Shown: piece by piece, positions 1 through 13,177 of the stretch
How positions within the stretch are numbered: the first letter of the stretch is position 1
Layout: each line of letters starts with the position of its first letter
Origin: Gnetum montanum
Lineage: Eukaryota; Plantae; Gnetophyta
Reading direction: 5' to 3'
Assembly: GCA_015680685.1 (NCBI GenBank)
Contig: MNCI01001685.1
Span: forward strand, 1 to 64,000
Length of the DNA: 64,000 nt
The notes under the pieces: generated by a model
What the model saw: only the letters and a program-made list of their open reading frames with translations
Told to the model about the DNA's origin: nothing
The model's database searches: none
Position numbers and translations under genes: made by a program

Positions 1-444
1 TATAAATAAGAGGCTGCACTTCCTTCATTTCCCAATCCTAGCTAGAAGTATCGAAGCTCTAGCAGTTTGAACACTCCAGAGTTAGATTAATTTCCCATGT
101 GCCCACAGTAGGAGTCCTAGAGTGAACGGCTCTTTATTCGAGCANNNNNNNNNNNNNNNNNNNNNNNNNNNNNNNNNNNNNNNNNNNNNNNNNNNNNNNN
201 NNNNNNNNNNNNNNNNNNNNNNNNNNNNNNNNNNNNNNNNNNNNNNNNNNNNNNNNNNNNNNNNNNNNNNNNNNNNNNNNNNNNNNACACCGTGACACAT
301 ACAAGCAAGCCTGGGAAGACAACGAACGATTAACCCCAAGTGTTTCTTGTGGCGTTAAGGCATTTAGTCTGTGGAGTTCGACCGGATCGCGCGTACACAC
401 TCGTATTCGTATGGTTGAGTGTAGGGGTACCTCGCCACTCATCA
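1..444 (+). mobile_element. 3' part of an Athila-like LTR (3' LTR or solo LTR), contains an N gap
   Basis: Starts with TATAAATAAGAGG and ends ...TCGTATTCGTATGGTTGAGTGTAGGGGTACCTCGCCACTCATCA, the same terminus as the LTRs ending at 13038 and 17921. No PBS follows. Confidence 0.8.
145..286. other. Assembly gap (N run); single-N joins also at 2502, 6146 and 6775
   Basis: N characters in the sequence. Confidence 0.99.
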
Positions 445-566
445 ACAGGTATGGAATTATTGACTGGCGAGAATGGATTCATGCCGTAGTGTGGAATCAA
501 AACAAAATTGAGACACAATAGAAAGAATGCAAAAGAAAATCCTATACCTGCAAAATTGGGTGGAAC

Positions 567-3403
567 TCATGTAGTTCCTGGTGGCAATGGCTCCTCCATG
601 GGTGCCTTTCCCATGTCTTGAGCTCTAGGTCTTGGGATTTGATGGTGTTGAAGTATGCCCTGGAGTTTCTCCTCTTTAGTTTGGGGATTCTATGCCATCC
701 ATGTTAATTTTTTGATGTTTGATGGATTCAACACCTCCCATGGGCATGGTAGTTGCAGAAACATTTTATTTTCTTTGACATACCAAGCCATAAACACCTA
801 TCGTTCCTCCTTGTAAGCTCTAGCTTTGTCTCTATATTCTTGAAAATCTGTGAGTCATCGAGCCAAGTCTGTTGCGATACCTTTTTGTCCATGGTAGCTT
901 GCTTTAACCACCTCGAGTTTAGAATTTGCAACCTTTAATTTTTGCAATGTTTTCTTGTGTTCTGCAAATTTTGTTTCATATTTGACATAGGTGGTGGCTA
1001 CCTGTTGCTCAAGCTCTATTTTTGGGTGTCCTACTGTTAACATGGAAAGGTTGGCACACCGCAGGTTTACCAACTCCATATACTCTGTAAGGTCCTAGAT
1101 CTGCAGGTTCCAGCTCTTAACTTCCACCTACTGGGCAAACACGTATGTGTCCAATATGGCCCACTAGTCAGTGTGTTGAGCACTAAGAGCATTGATGTGG
1201 GCCTTGGCCATATGGATCTCCTTCTCGATGATTTTTTTATACATCCCAACCTAGTCCCGGAAATGTTCCTTCAATTTCTGATGTCGTTTAGCCTCATTTT
1301 GCCACACACTTATTTCAATGGCCATCTTCTAATGAATGGCGCATACCTTCTCCATCAAGAAGGTTCGATTTTCCCTAGCTAAACGGTTCATGTCTTGGTT
1401 GACCTTGATTAGTTGTTCTCGCAACTATTGAAAATATTCTTCAAGAACATTCTTTTGTTTCTCCACAAAGGTCAACCAAAGGTTGTTAGCAACAAATTGT
1501 TTGTTCTCCTCTTGTAAGGCTTTGAGTGCCTTGGTGTGCGCATAAGTTTGCGCTTGTGCCATAGAGATATCAAAAATAGCCTTCTCTTTTTCTTCCACCA
1601 CTGTTTTAGTCTCTGTCAATAGTTTAGTAAGTTGCTTAGTTCTGAAAGTGTCCAGTTGGTCTGCGGGAATGAATTGAGAAGGATCCCATTGTGCTGCTTG
1701 CAGGATCACAAGCCTTTCTTGCAATCTTTGCACTTCTACTTCAACATGCTCGACCCTCATATCCATCAAGAACAGCTTCCCTTTGGTGGAAATGAGGTTT
1801 GATTGTATTGATGTAACATCCTGTGGGATGTTAAACAAGGATGTCATTACCTATCCTATAGGTAGAAATTGATCAAGTACATGCTCATGTTCCGCAGGAG
1901 TCATTGAGGTACTAGACAGAGTTTGAGCATCTCATGCTCCTGTAAGATCTTCCGGTGGCACAACAGGTACATTGAATGATTCTTTAATGTGGTTTGTGAC
2001 CACTTCCGTGGGTCCTGCTGCATCTTGGTACTGCATGACCTCCACCGTGGCCCCTTCACCAATTTTTAACTACACCTAAAAGGACGTAGCATTTCCTGAA
2101 ATCTATTGTGACCAAGCACTCTCTCCTCCACCTGTCTAAATGGACACTTCACCCAGCATGCGATCTATAGAAATCGTAGGCTATACAGCATCATCGATGA
2201 CATAGAAGAGATTTGCGTCATCACAACTTCCCCAACTTACCATCTCAGCGATGGCCCTGAGATGACTCATCGACAGTCTGTAATCTTGCGGTGGTGGTTG
2301 ATCCTGCTGGCCCATGCTAGGCCTTGCTTCTTGTTGTTGGCTAGGTCCTGTGCTTGGAAGTTAGCTGCATCTTACAAGTTGAGTTGCAATTGGCCCTACC
2401 ATCTGTTCTTTTTCTTGTTCTGGCCCCAACATCTCACCAATGATTTTCCTTGCAACTAGTGGCTTTAGCAGTTTAGCATATGAAGCATTTTGGGCTTTTT
2501 GNTGTGGCTTTAGCAATTTAGCATATGAAGCATTTTGGGCTTTTTGGAGGACATTGTTGGTGTATCCTCTAATACTAGCACATCTTCATAGCTTCCTGAT
2601 AAGACAAGGGTAGGGCAACGCAAACTTCCCTGTCTTTCGTTCTTCAAACTGCCTTAGGATCTCCGTAAAATATAGATGAGGCAAGTTAGCATTAGCCTTT
2701 CCCATCAACACTGCACATCCTCTTACTACATATGTTGAAATTTTTTTTAAACCTTTTTTGGGGAAGATGTGATAAGTCCCTATTTTGAAATAAATCCTCT
2801 CTTCTGTTGTCAACTCCCCAAAGGTCTTATCTTCCTTGCCATATGCCCTGTCTAACCAAACTCATCGTGCATAGGGGTCTAAGCGAGTAGACAACTAAGC
2901 AACCTTTAGCCCTGTATTCAGGAGGTTTAATACTTTTGAAATGGCTTGAATAGAGAAATCAATAGTCACACCACAAATGTTAACCATGGTGCCTTGTTCA
3001 TTGTTGTGCAAAAATTGGTACGTTTCCCCTAAGTACTAGGCACCACTTTCAGAGAGGGTAGGCCATAATGGGGACCCTTTGAGGTGATCCCTAACAACCT
3101 CTAGAGAAAATTCTGTGAAAGGTCCAAAGTTTAATTCCATGATCGCTATAGTAAATATGAACCTTTCATGGATGGCCTGAACACAATCCTGAGACAACGT
3201 GAGATTTCATCCCTGTTCAGACGCTACAGTAGCTCCTCCTTCTGCTTGCCTTGATTGTACAGTGGTAGGGTCTTCTCGGTAGATACTAAATATTGTTCCT
3301 CCTACTCTACATGTTGTTCAGTAGGAACTTGTCCTTCACCTCTCCTAGGTCACTTGATCCCACCTTGAGCAAGACCTTCCTGTTGTCCACGTTTCGAGGC
3401 CAT
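567..3403 (-). pseudogene. Decayed ORF2 of element A (~930 codons; Athila env-like/plant-transposon-protein-like N-half plus long coiled-coil C-half)
   Basis: Starts MASKRGQQEG; contains VNICGVTIDFSIQAISKVLNL and ALPYPCLIRKL, typical of Athila extra ORFs. Heptad-rich ORF pieces at 1425-1847 and 855-1079; several stops and frameshifts. Confidence 0.65.
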
Positions 3404-5454
3404 CTACAATCACACGGGGCCAATCGTTAGTAAGGTTGTTACCAAAGTTAGGTTATACCTTACTGCTTGCCTTAATGAATTTTCTTTATCTTCATGTGAT
3501 GTTACTTATTAGGAGAAAATGTTCCCGAAAGATTATAATATTAAATCCTCTTTGCTTAGGTGGTTTCCAAATCTAGTTTCCCGATAGAACTAAGGAGATG
3601 AAATTCTTTTTGGCGCATTTATCCTTAATTTTATAATTAATTACCCTTAATAATTTCCTTGGGGAAATGAAAAATTTCAAAAAATTTATGCGCTATTTGA
3701 CATGTGCCCCTCCCTCACGACTAAGCTGAACACTCCGAGTTCAAGTAGGTTCAAACAGAATGAAAATCGGAGTACCAGCGAGCGAGTTATGGATATGAAA
3801 GCAAGGGGCACGTAATTGCAAGTCGTAGAGAGAAATTTGAAAAAATTCCCCCGTGTTAACAGTTGCAAATGATGTTGATTAGTGGGGGGTCATGTATATA
3901 TATATTTTTGGGACGCGATATCGCGTACACAATAGCACGGACACGATATCGCGGCCTATCAATGTTAGGGCACTTTATAGAATGTACTGAATTTTTTAAT
4001 ATTTTTCTAAAATTAAACAATGTAAACTAAGGACATCTGGATGAGTGTTAAAGGGTTCCAGGGTAATTCAACTAGCTTTGAAGGCACGAAAATTATGATG
4101 ATGTGGAATCTATCAATAAGGACCTTGGATGGTAAAGGGGAGAAAAATGCTATGTGATGGTTCATAGGAACGTTTGAATCAGAGGGATAGTAATAAGGGA
4201 AAGAATATCGTTGAAAATACATTGAGGGTAATAGATGGTGTGTGGAAAATGTGTTATGAGTGCAAATTACAAAAAAATTACACAAGTGGATTCTCCCCAA
4301 TGCAGGTTCCAACCTCTAATTCCCTTGCATAACCACACCTTAAAATGTCCGTAGGCACTAGAAGGGTTAAATGTAATCTACACTAGTTCCACAAAACACA
4401 CACATGTAAGTATCACCGAAATGAGGTAAGAATTCTACGCTATATGAGACACGAGCTATAATTACATGAACAGCGAGATGAGACGGACTATAGAAGGGAT
4501 TGTAGAGATTAGGACATGAGGTAACTGACCCAGGGCTTAATGAATTCTACGTGTAAAGCATGATTAATGTGTCATTAACCCGTCGTTCCAAGATCAGGAC
4601 CAAGTCCATTCCTCTGATCAATGACACCAAATTGTTTCATCCCATGATGAGCGACTATGAGAGTACCATAACAACAAGGCATACGATCACTTGGCATTTT
4701 GTTCAAGGGAGAAGTAATTTTTGCTTTGTGGCACTTTCTTTGTTTTTTTTTTTCAATTGTTGAATCCAAAGAAGCCACCAACCTTTAGGCATGGATGCAT
4801 GCCTTTCCAATGGAACCCCCTAGAACAACATTGGATTTTTGAGTGCCTTTTGATTACTCTTACTCCCATTTTGTGTAAGATCTACAAGGATCTTAGTACA
4901 ACCACATCGCATGATAACTCTCACAAATGTCACCAAAGAGAATCTGCAAGCCCCCTTGATGTCACATCCTAATCCTTCCCTCTTGATCCATCCTTCTTCA
5001 TTCTGGCTACAATGAACACAAAATTAATTATAAGTTTTAAGAATGTCAAGAATATCATTGTACCCTCGAATAGAACCTCTTATTAGTAGAGTGGATGGGT
5101 GGGTGTAATGGGCTCACTGTCCAAATAATTGATCACTCGAGACTTGATAACATAGAACACACCTCAACGAATGAGCCATATGAGTGTTTTATTCATAGAT
5201 GAGATTACATATAAAAAGATAAAAAGACAAAAAGATAAAACAATAAATTGAAAAATGAAAAACTGGAAAACAAAAAATTGTAAAATTAAAGAAAATGAAA
5301 AATATTTATTAATCTTGCTTATTATTAGAATGGGGGATATCCCCCATAACTAACCGGTTGAGCATGGCGAGGGTTAATAAATGAAAGATGAGGATCCTTG
5401 CATGTTAGAAATATCGAAACTTGGTCATACTTACCCCATTGGGGTTCACACACC

Positions 5455-7138
5455 TAATTATAGTAAGCATAGTGGGGCAATTTATAAGATGTGGTTCCTG
5501 GGTAAAGAGTTGACCCACTATGATACTGGAGACTGTAAGATGGCATGCAACGATCGGGATGTCATCCTCCATGGCTGTATTCATTGGGCCATATGGTTGT
5601 TGGAGTGTTAATTCGTGGCCTTGATGAAGTAACACGAGGCATTGTGTTCAAGGAGGAGGATGCACCACAGTGTTGGACTTGTGCTGAGTTGAAGAATGCA
5701 ATGGCCTTGGAATTGTGTTGTCCCTTCTTACGGTCATGTCTAAAGAAGGGATGCCTTTGATGTTGAGGAGGTCTCTCATTGCTATTGGCAATAGTAGCAC
5801 AAGTAATGTTTGTGGGTTGTTGTTGTGGTGTAGATACTTCAGGAACAATTGGTGGTGATGTAGAAGAAGGAAAAGGATGAGAATGTTGAAATTTAGGAGA
5901 AGTTTGAGGTACACAAGACGGTGGTTGTGTTGAGGACATGCGCTAATAGTACTTAGGAAAATAATAATGTGGTGAGATAGAGTATGTTGACCCATTCAGG
6001 GAAACAGGATGTTGAACTAGATAAGCATTTGAATTTGGATGATACGAAGGGTGTCCCCAGTTTAGGGATGGATTCCCCCATGACTGGGATTGTTGCAGCT
6101 GTGATCGAACACAGTATCTCTACACGAACTCTGGGTGTAACGTGCNGGAAATCGAGGTAAAGATCAATAAGATGCTGGAATGGATGCATAAAAAGTGTGG
6201 AGAATATATCAATATTATTGGAGATAGAGTTTTGACAACCTGAGAAGCAGGATAAAATATCATTAGACAATCGGAAAGAAGGCATGAAGAAAATAAGAGC
6301 TCAACTGCCAATCACAAGTATGAATGCAACATTTGCCAGTATGATCACCCCAAGGGCCAATGCCCAATCTTGTTACATTTATATGAGCATTGGGGAAGCA
6401 CGTTACACCCAGAGTTCGTGTAGAGATACTGTGTTCGATCACAGTCGCAATAATCCCAGTCATGGGGGAATCCATCCCTAAACTGGGGACACCCTTCGTA
6501 TCATCCAAATTCAAATGCTTATCTAGTTCAACATCCTATTTCCCTGAATGGGTCAACATACTCTATCTCACCACATTATTATTTTCCTAAGTACTATTAG
6601 CCCATGTCCTCAACACAACCACCGTCTTGTGTACCTCAAACTTCTCCTAAATTTCAACATTCTCATCCTTTTCCTTCTTCTACATCACCACCAATTGTTC
6701 CTGAAGTATCTACACCACAACAACAACCCACAAACATTACTTGTGCTACTATTGCCAATAGCAGTGAGAGACCTNTCTGTTCCATGCACAAGCATCATAG
6801 AAGGCTTGTAAATGTTGTTGCGGATCTAAGTCATAGCCTCCTAAGAAATTGGAAAAGTTGTTTAAATCAAACCTGGGTAGGCGGCTCTCTTTACAATGCC
6901 TATGAAAGATTCGAATAACCTCTTATATTTGCGTTAGGCTTGTAGTGGCCAGTAGGGGTTCATCGTCATCGAGTAGGTTATGCTTTCATGCGTTGGGATG
7001 ATGCTACCTTCATTTATGTTTATAAGAAACCCCCACCTTAGATTGCGTACTCCAACCTTCATTGTCATATAATTCATCGATTCTCCAATGAATTGCCTCA
7101 CTAGATGTGGCATTATCGTAGTCTCGTAGGAGAGGCAT
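5455..7138 (-). pseudogene. gag: Decayed gag of element A (partly inverted/missing at N junctions)
   Basis: ATG at 7138; DPQQHLQAFYDA motif at ~6790-6830; CNICQYDHPKGQC (Cx2Cx3Hx4C) knuckle in the flipped segment at ~6324-6363; Pro/Ser/Gln-rich tail. Confidence 0.75.
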
Positions 7139-8100
7139 GGTTTTGAAATTGTGTGTGAATTTGTATGTGACTTTTTTGTAATTATTTCTTCCTAAAAGAT
7201 ATATCGTTAATTCCTATACAACAACCTTGTATGATATAACTAATCTAGATAAGTAGCACCATCATCGACAACGACGCAAATGATGAGTAGCGAGGTATCC
7301 CTACACTCAACCATATGAATACGAGTGTTTCACGCACGATCTGGTCAAACTTCGCAGACGAACTAGTTGTGGTATCCAGACAATTACTCGTAGATCGTAG
7401 TTCACTATCTTCCCACCTGGACTAGTATTAGCTTTGTCACGTATGATTTAGTCCAGAGTGAGGTGTATGATGTGTTCCTACACTAATACTACTCCTAGGG
7501 ATGATGGGAAATAATATCAACTAAACTAGGAGAGAGATAGTGAGAGAGAATCTAAACTAGCCTAAGTGCGATGAGCATCCATTCCTTAATCATCCATACA
7601 CATCTTGGACCTCATGCATGACTACCATTAGGATTACCAAGCGCATGGCCTAGGTACACTACTGGGTTACCAAATAGTTACACTTAAATGCTCATGATTA
7701 ACTCGTACTCATTCCACGTTACTAGGAGATAAGGGTAGAGAGATATTAACTAAGGAAGCAATAAATAATAATAATAATTAAATAATTAAGCTAAGTGGAT
7801 GCTGCAATGATGAGGGAATCTTGATCTTTATTACTGGTCATGTGTGTGTCCAAGTACGTCACACTCAAATAAGGATGTCATATAATTACAATCATCACAC
7901 TGTAGGCATGCACTGGGAGAAAGGGTTGAGAGGAAAAATTGACAAAAAGTCCCTACCTTAATATTAAAAACTACTCTCCCTTTTACCAAATCTGCCTACC
8001 TCTTATTTATAGATGAGAAGATAGGCTACGATATCATGTCTAGGCTGTGATATCGCGTACGTGATATCATGGGTGCGATATCATGGCCAACAATTCATGA

Positions 8101-11100
8101 CTCATCAATTGGGAAATTCCAAGCTAACATTGCCCATCTATAATTTTTATAAATCTAGAGAAGATTTGAAAAGAAAAAGATAAGGAAACCCACTCTTCCA
8201 TTCCCTTATCTTATTAGGAAGTTATGTGAACAAGATAATATTTTGGGCTATACCAATGATGTTCTTCGAAAAGCTAAAAATGCTTCATATGTAAAAAACT
8301 CCAAGCTGGTATCACCTAAGAAAGATCAAGTAAAGAAACCAGTAGGCACTAAGCTTGTAGTAAGATCAACACTGGCAGCAAACATTCCAATCACAAGCAT
8401 ACAATATGCAAGACCTAGTAGATTAACCCCATGTATAGAATGAGTAAGATAGAGTGTTCCACTAGCACAATAAGACTATAGACCTTCCATGAGCCATCTA
8501 TAGTAGATAGTAGAAACAATTAGTTGGGGCAGTAGGAAAGTTTCAAGTATGTAAAAAGTAAGGGATAATCCTAGTAGACCTGTAATATCCAACAGATCCA
8601 CCAGTGATCAAATATCTTTATAAGCAAAAGAAGATGATGATTGGGCACAACAAATTTCAAGGAACACTACAACATTCAAGGTGATGTTGGAAACTATAAA
8701 AGGAGCCATTGTAGTGGTGATGCAATAGCAAGATGTAGTAGGAGTAGTAGAAGTACTAACAAATCATATTAGGAAATTATTTAATATTCTCATTGTACCA
8801 CCAGCAAATATTTTTAAAGCTAATGATGTCGAAACATTAGGAAAAGAAATAATATCCCTTGATAAAGATGAATATGTCTTAGAAATACTACTACATATAG
8901 GATAGATCATGCAAAATATTTTTAATATCCCCAATGATATCATTATAGTGTAGTCAAAATTAATATCTACCAATGGCAAGCTATTCATGACAGAAACTAA
9001 GATGCAACATGCAACGAATGAAGTGCATAGATTACAAGAAGAACTAGTTGTATTAAGAGCTAAAAGACAATGTCATGTACAATACATTGCACTAGACTAG
9101 CTCATACAATTCATAAATGAGAAAGTGAATCAACTAATGGTTAAAAAAAAGTAGATATAAATAGAAGAAGAAGAGGTAGTGTGAAATGCCTTAGTAGCAG
9201 ATGCCTAAACATACATCCATGCTAAGGTCATTGCTACATTGGAAGAAGAGAACAAAAGGATTGCCGTAGAAAATTTAAGATTGAAAAACATTAAAACGTA
9301 GAAGAATGTACATGAAGAAAGCATCCATCAATTGAGAGAGTAGTTTATTAGAGTCAACCTCAACATAAGACAATTGGCCTATGAAAATAGAACCCTGTCA
9401 ATGGAAGAAGTAATCATAGTAACACAAAAGTTAGCCATTCAAATTAGATGTGGCAAAATGAGGCCAAGAAACACAATAGCCTTAAAGAACATTTTAATGA
9501 TCAAGTGTCATCATACAACAAACACTTAATTGCTAATCCATTATGGATAGTCTTGCCTTTGTTTACCAAGTAGAGCTGAAGAATAAAGACCTACAAATAG
9601 AAGACTTAATAAAGTACATGGGCTTAGCAAATCTACACTACACTAACTTAGCCATGTTGATAGTAGGTAGACCAAGGATAAAATTAAAGTAGTAAGTGGC
9701 TATAGTATATTCCACATATAAAAAAAATTTATAGATAGAAAAGATGTACAACCAAAGCTTTACATTGTAAGCTCTACACTCCAAGTAGTCAAATCCAACT
9801 ACCAAGACTAAAAAGATGTTGCAACAAATCTAGCTAGGAGAATGACTAATTACCAAGAAATTATAAAATATGGTCAAATCCTTTGAGGTAGAAAGAATAA
9901 AATTCACAACATGGTATGTCAAGGCCAATAAAATGTTTTCACAATTGTCATATCCTTGGAAAGTACCTACACCAATAAATATCATTGAATTAGTATCGAT
10001 GGTACATGAACCCAAAACTGAATTAGTATGAAAATCTAAGAGCATTGTTGCATAAGTACTAATCCCAAAAGTCAAATGACAAAGGAAAAAAGCCAATAGA
10101 GAAGCCATCGACACCAAGAATATAAAGAAGGTACATAGAGTTTTATTTTGTTTAGTTTTGTTTCTATCATGTATCAATCATGCGTTGTATGATAATTTTA
10201 TAACACCACTCAAACAAAGATGCAACATTCATAGTAGATTTAAACATGTATATATGTATCATGATGTAGAGTCCATGTAATCCCACAAGTTTGTAATGAA
10301 CTCTATTCACCTTTGTTTAAACTTGAAGATGAGTTTTCAATTAGTCATGGGGGTATGATGAAATACTTTGATTATGGACTATAATATTATATCTATGATA
10401 TTGTAGATATGATATCATAGGTCAATATATGTTGTCATAGATACAATGTAGTAGGTAATGGTTATGCTTATAAATACGAATGCATCATAGAATTGAAACC
10501 AAGTTTTTTTCCAACATGTAGAAAAATTCTAACAGTTTATTTTCTTGAAGTTAGAGTTAGTTATGAAGGCTCGTAGTATGATGAACTATAGTTGTACAAC
10601 ATCTTTATTTGAGCGGATTGTTCCTAGACATAATTTACGAATAACAATAAAGATCAAGATTATTCTTCATCATTGTAGCTTATCACATAGAATAGATTTC
10701 CTTTTCATGTTATTTACTTTTGCTATGTCATTTACATTTCCTAAGTCATTTACTATTTCAACGTTCATTAGTAAGGCAAAATGAATATGCCTATTTTAAT
10801 CACAAAGTATAATTATTTGATAACCTAGTAGTGACTTTGCTTGATTCGTTGAATAGTAAAGTTTCTTTTTACCTAGTAATAATTACATTAGCCCAAGATG
10901 GGTATGGAAAACTAGGAACATATACTTATCACCATAGGATATAATAGTTTTACATTTCATTATACTTAGAAGTAGAATTTCTAATCATTTTCATTATGTT
11001 TACACTTAGCATACTTAAGAGTCACACAACATCATTTTATCATATACCTTACTAATAGTTAAACCATACATTTTTCACCTCGCTAACTCTAAGTGGGAAG

Positions 11101-11228
11101 TCAACGATCATGAACTTACAATTAACTCACTAGTATATTTACATTATCCATTCATGGATTATGATCTAGTCATGCATAAACACTTATAACTTGTATGATT
11201 GAGTGTTGAAATTCTCTATTACTCATCA
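8101..11228 (+). mobile_element. Older Athila-like element C: 3' part of ORF2 plus 3' LTR (10356-11228)
   Basis: 8101-10140 is homologous to element A ORF2 (LGKFQANIAHL vs MGKANANLPHL; coiled-coil region). PPT CATGGGGGTA precedes TGATGAAA at 10356; LTR ends ACTCATCA at 11228. Much more AT-rich than A or B. Confidence 0.75.
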
Positions 11229-13177
11229 ATGAATAATAGAAATAGTAAGACTACTCGCATATAGTATTGTTGCCTTTCATGTCTAATCCTTATTTACGTA
11301 CAACCTAGAAGGTAAGTCTTGGAGCAAAAGCATTAACTATTGTGGTACACTAAGGATGGATGGTATGGTAGGATTGTCCAAAAGGGGGATATGAACAAGT
11401 AAAGTTGGTTGGAAAGATGTAACGATGGACATGGAGATAAATTGCAAGATATTATATTAGGGCATATGTTGGAAAAATGGGAGAAATGAAAGTAAAATGT
11501 ATGGTATAAGGGATAATCTCTAGAATTGATTCAATACTATATTGAAATTTTAAAGTTGTACCTAAGATACTATATTGACAATGTTTATGCTTGGAAATAG
11601 ATTTTATGCTAGAGGCATGGTAACTATAGATAGGCCTTCTAGTTTGGGAATATGTATACAACATGGATTGGTAGTGTTAATCAGTTTAATGTACTACAAA
11701 ATTGGACTTTATGGTTATGTGATGTGTTGAGAAAAAAATTTTATAGTAAATGAAGTATGAGCATTCTCATCTTTCTCATTGTCATGAATGCTAATGCCAT
11801 CACCCTTGTTGTGTTGATCTTGAAACTGATAATTTCTACTAATATTGATATTAGAATGTTCCACTGAGAAGTCCCCCATAGCTTTTCTCTGTTGGATTTT
11901 AGTGCTAGTAAGCATTTACATTTGATCCTTGATGACAAGGAATTATGCAAATGGATTTATCTCATATTCATCCAACTCCATGCACTAACTAGGATTTGGA
12001 AGAAAAGGCACTAAGTTATTGAATGCTTTATAGGTAACCAGCCTTGGTAACTCATTCTTAGTTAATACAATGTTAAGCTTTCATTTTATGCACATGATTT
12101 TGTAGTCATGTTTACTCATGGATGTTGTGAATGCTTGAGGTTTCAACATCTCCATTAGTGATGAAGTGTCATTAAGTCGATGCATCGACGGGGCCACATA
12201 TACTCGGCCGTGTCGACGTGGAACTATCGACGTAGCCTTCCTACGTCAACGTGGCCCCATTTACGTAGCCACCTATCTCGGCCTATAAATAAGAGGGCCT
12301 TCCGCCTCATTGAGGCATCTTTTTGAGTTAATTGTAGCTAGACTCTTGCAGTTTGTTTCCGTAGGAGTTAAATTATTTTCCCAAGTGCATGCCCACAGTG
12401 TGATGCTTGTAATTGTACGGAACCTTTATTCGAGTGTGATGTACTTGGACATGCACATGATCGGCAATAAAGATTGAGATTACTTCATCATTGCAACATT
12501 CACTTAGTTTTAATTATTTAATTGTTATGATTAATTATTATTGTTATTTATTGTTTTCTTAGCTAATGTTTCTTTACCATCATTTACTATTCTCGTTGTT
12601 AACTGCAGAATAAGTACGACTTAATCACGAGCATTTAAGTGTGACTACTTGGTAACCTAGTAATGTACCTAGGATCTATGCTTGGTAATCCCAGTAGTAA
12701 TCGTGCACGAGGTCCAAGATGTGTACAGATGATTAAGGAACAGATGCTCATCGCACTTAGGTTAGTTTAGACTTCATTTCCTATTACTCATTAGTTTAAT
12801 CAATATTATTTTCCATTGTCTCTAGGAGTAGCACTAATTTAGGATCACATCATATGCCTCACTCTAGACTAAACCATACATGACAAAGCAAATACTAGTC
12901 CAGGTGGGAAGACAGCGAACTGTGATCGATGTGTAACTATCTAGATACCACAACTAGCCTGTCCACGGAGTTTAACCAAATCGTGTGTGAACGCTCGTAT
13001 TCGTATGGTTGAGTGTAGGGGTACCTAGCCGCTCATCATTGGCACCGTTGCCGGGGATGGTGCTAGTTATCTAGATTAGTTACATCATACAAGATCGTTG
13101 TAACAAAGCCTTGATGATATATCTTTCAAAAAAATAATAATGGTAATTGTAATTATATCACACACAAATTTACAACC

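Larger units (their letters stand above)
445..8100 (-). mobile_element. Athila-like LTR retrotransposon (element A), pol-less: 5' LTR, gag, noncoding spacer, ORF2; 3' end interrupted by the LTR at 1-444
   Basis: 5' LTR 7281-8100 (minus; TATA at ~8000-8012; ends CTCATCA). Degenerate tRNA-Asp PBS at 7262-7280. Collinear with element B (12159-17921) through gag, spacer and both ORF2 ends. Confidence 0.8.

Noticed and set aside
2458-2545. ~44-bp direct repeat
   Set aside because: Straddles a single N at 2502, typical of an unmerged contig overlap.
11229-12158. Host sequence flanking element B (continues at 17927-18146)
   Set aside because: Probably old retroelement DNA but too decayed to classify.
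12159-13038. Retrozyme (hammerhead ribozyme in the LTR)
   Set aside because: No CTGANGA...GAAA core with flanking stems seen by eye; the element is also too large and carries gag.
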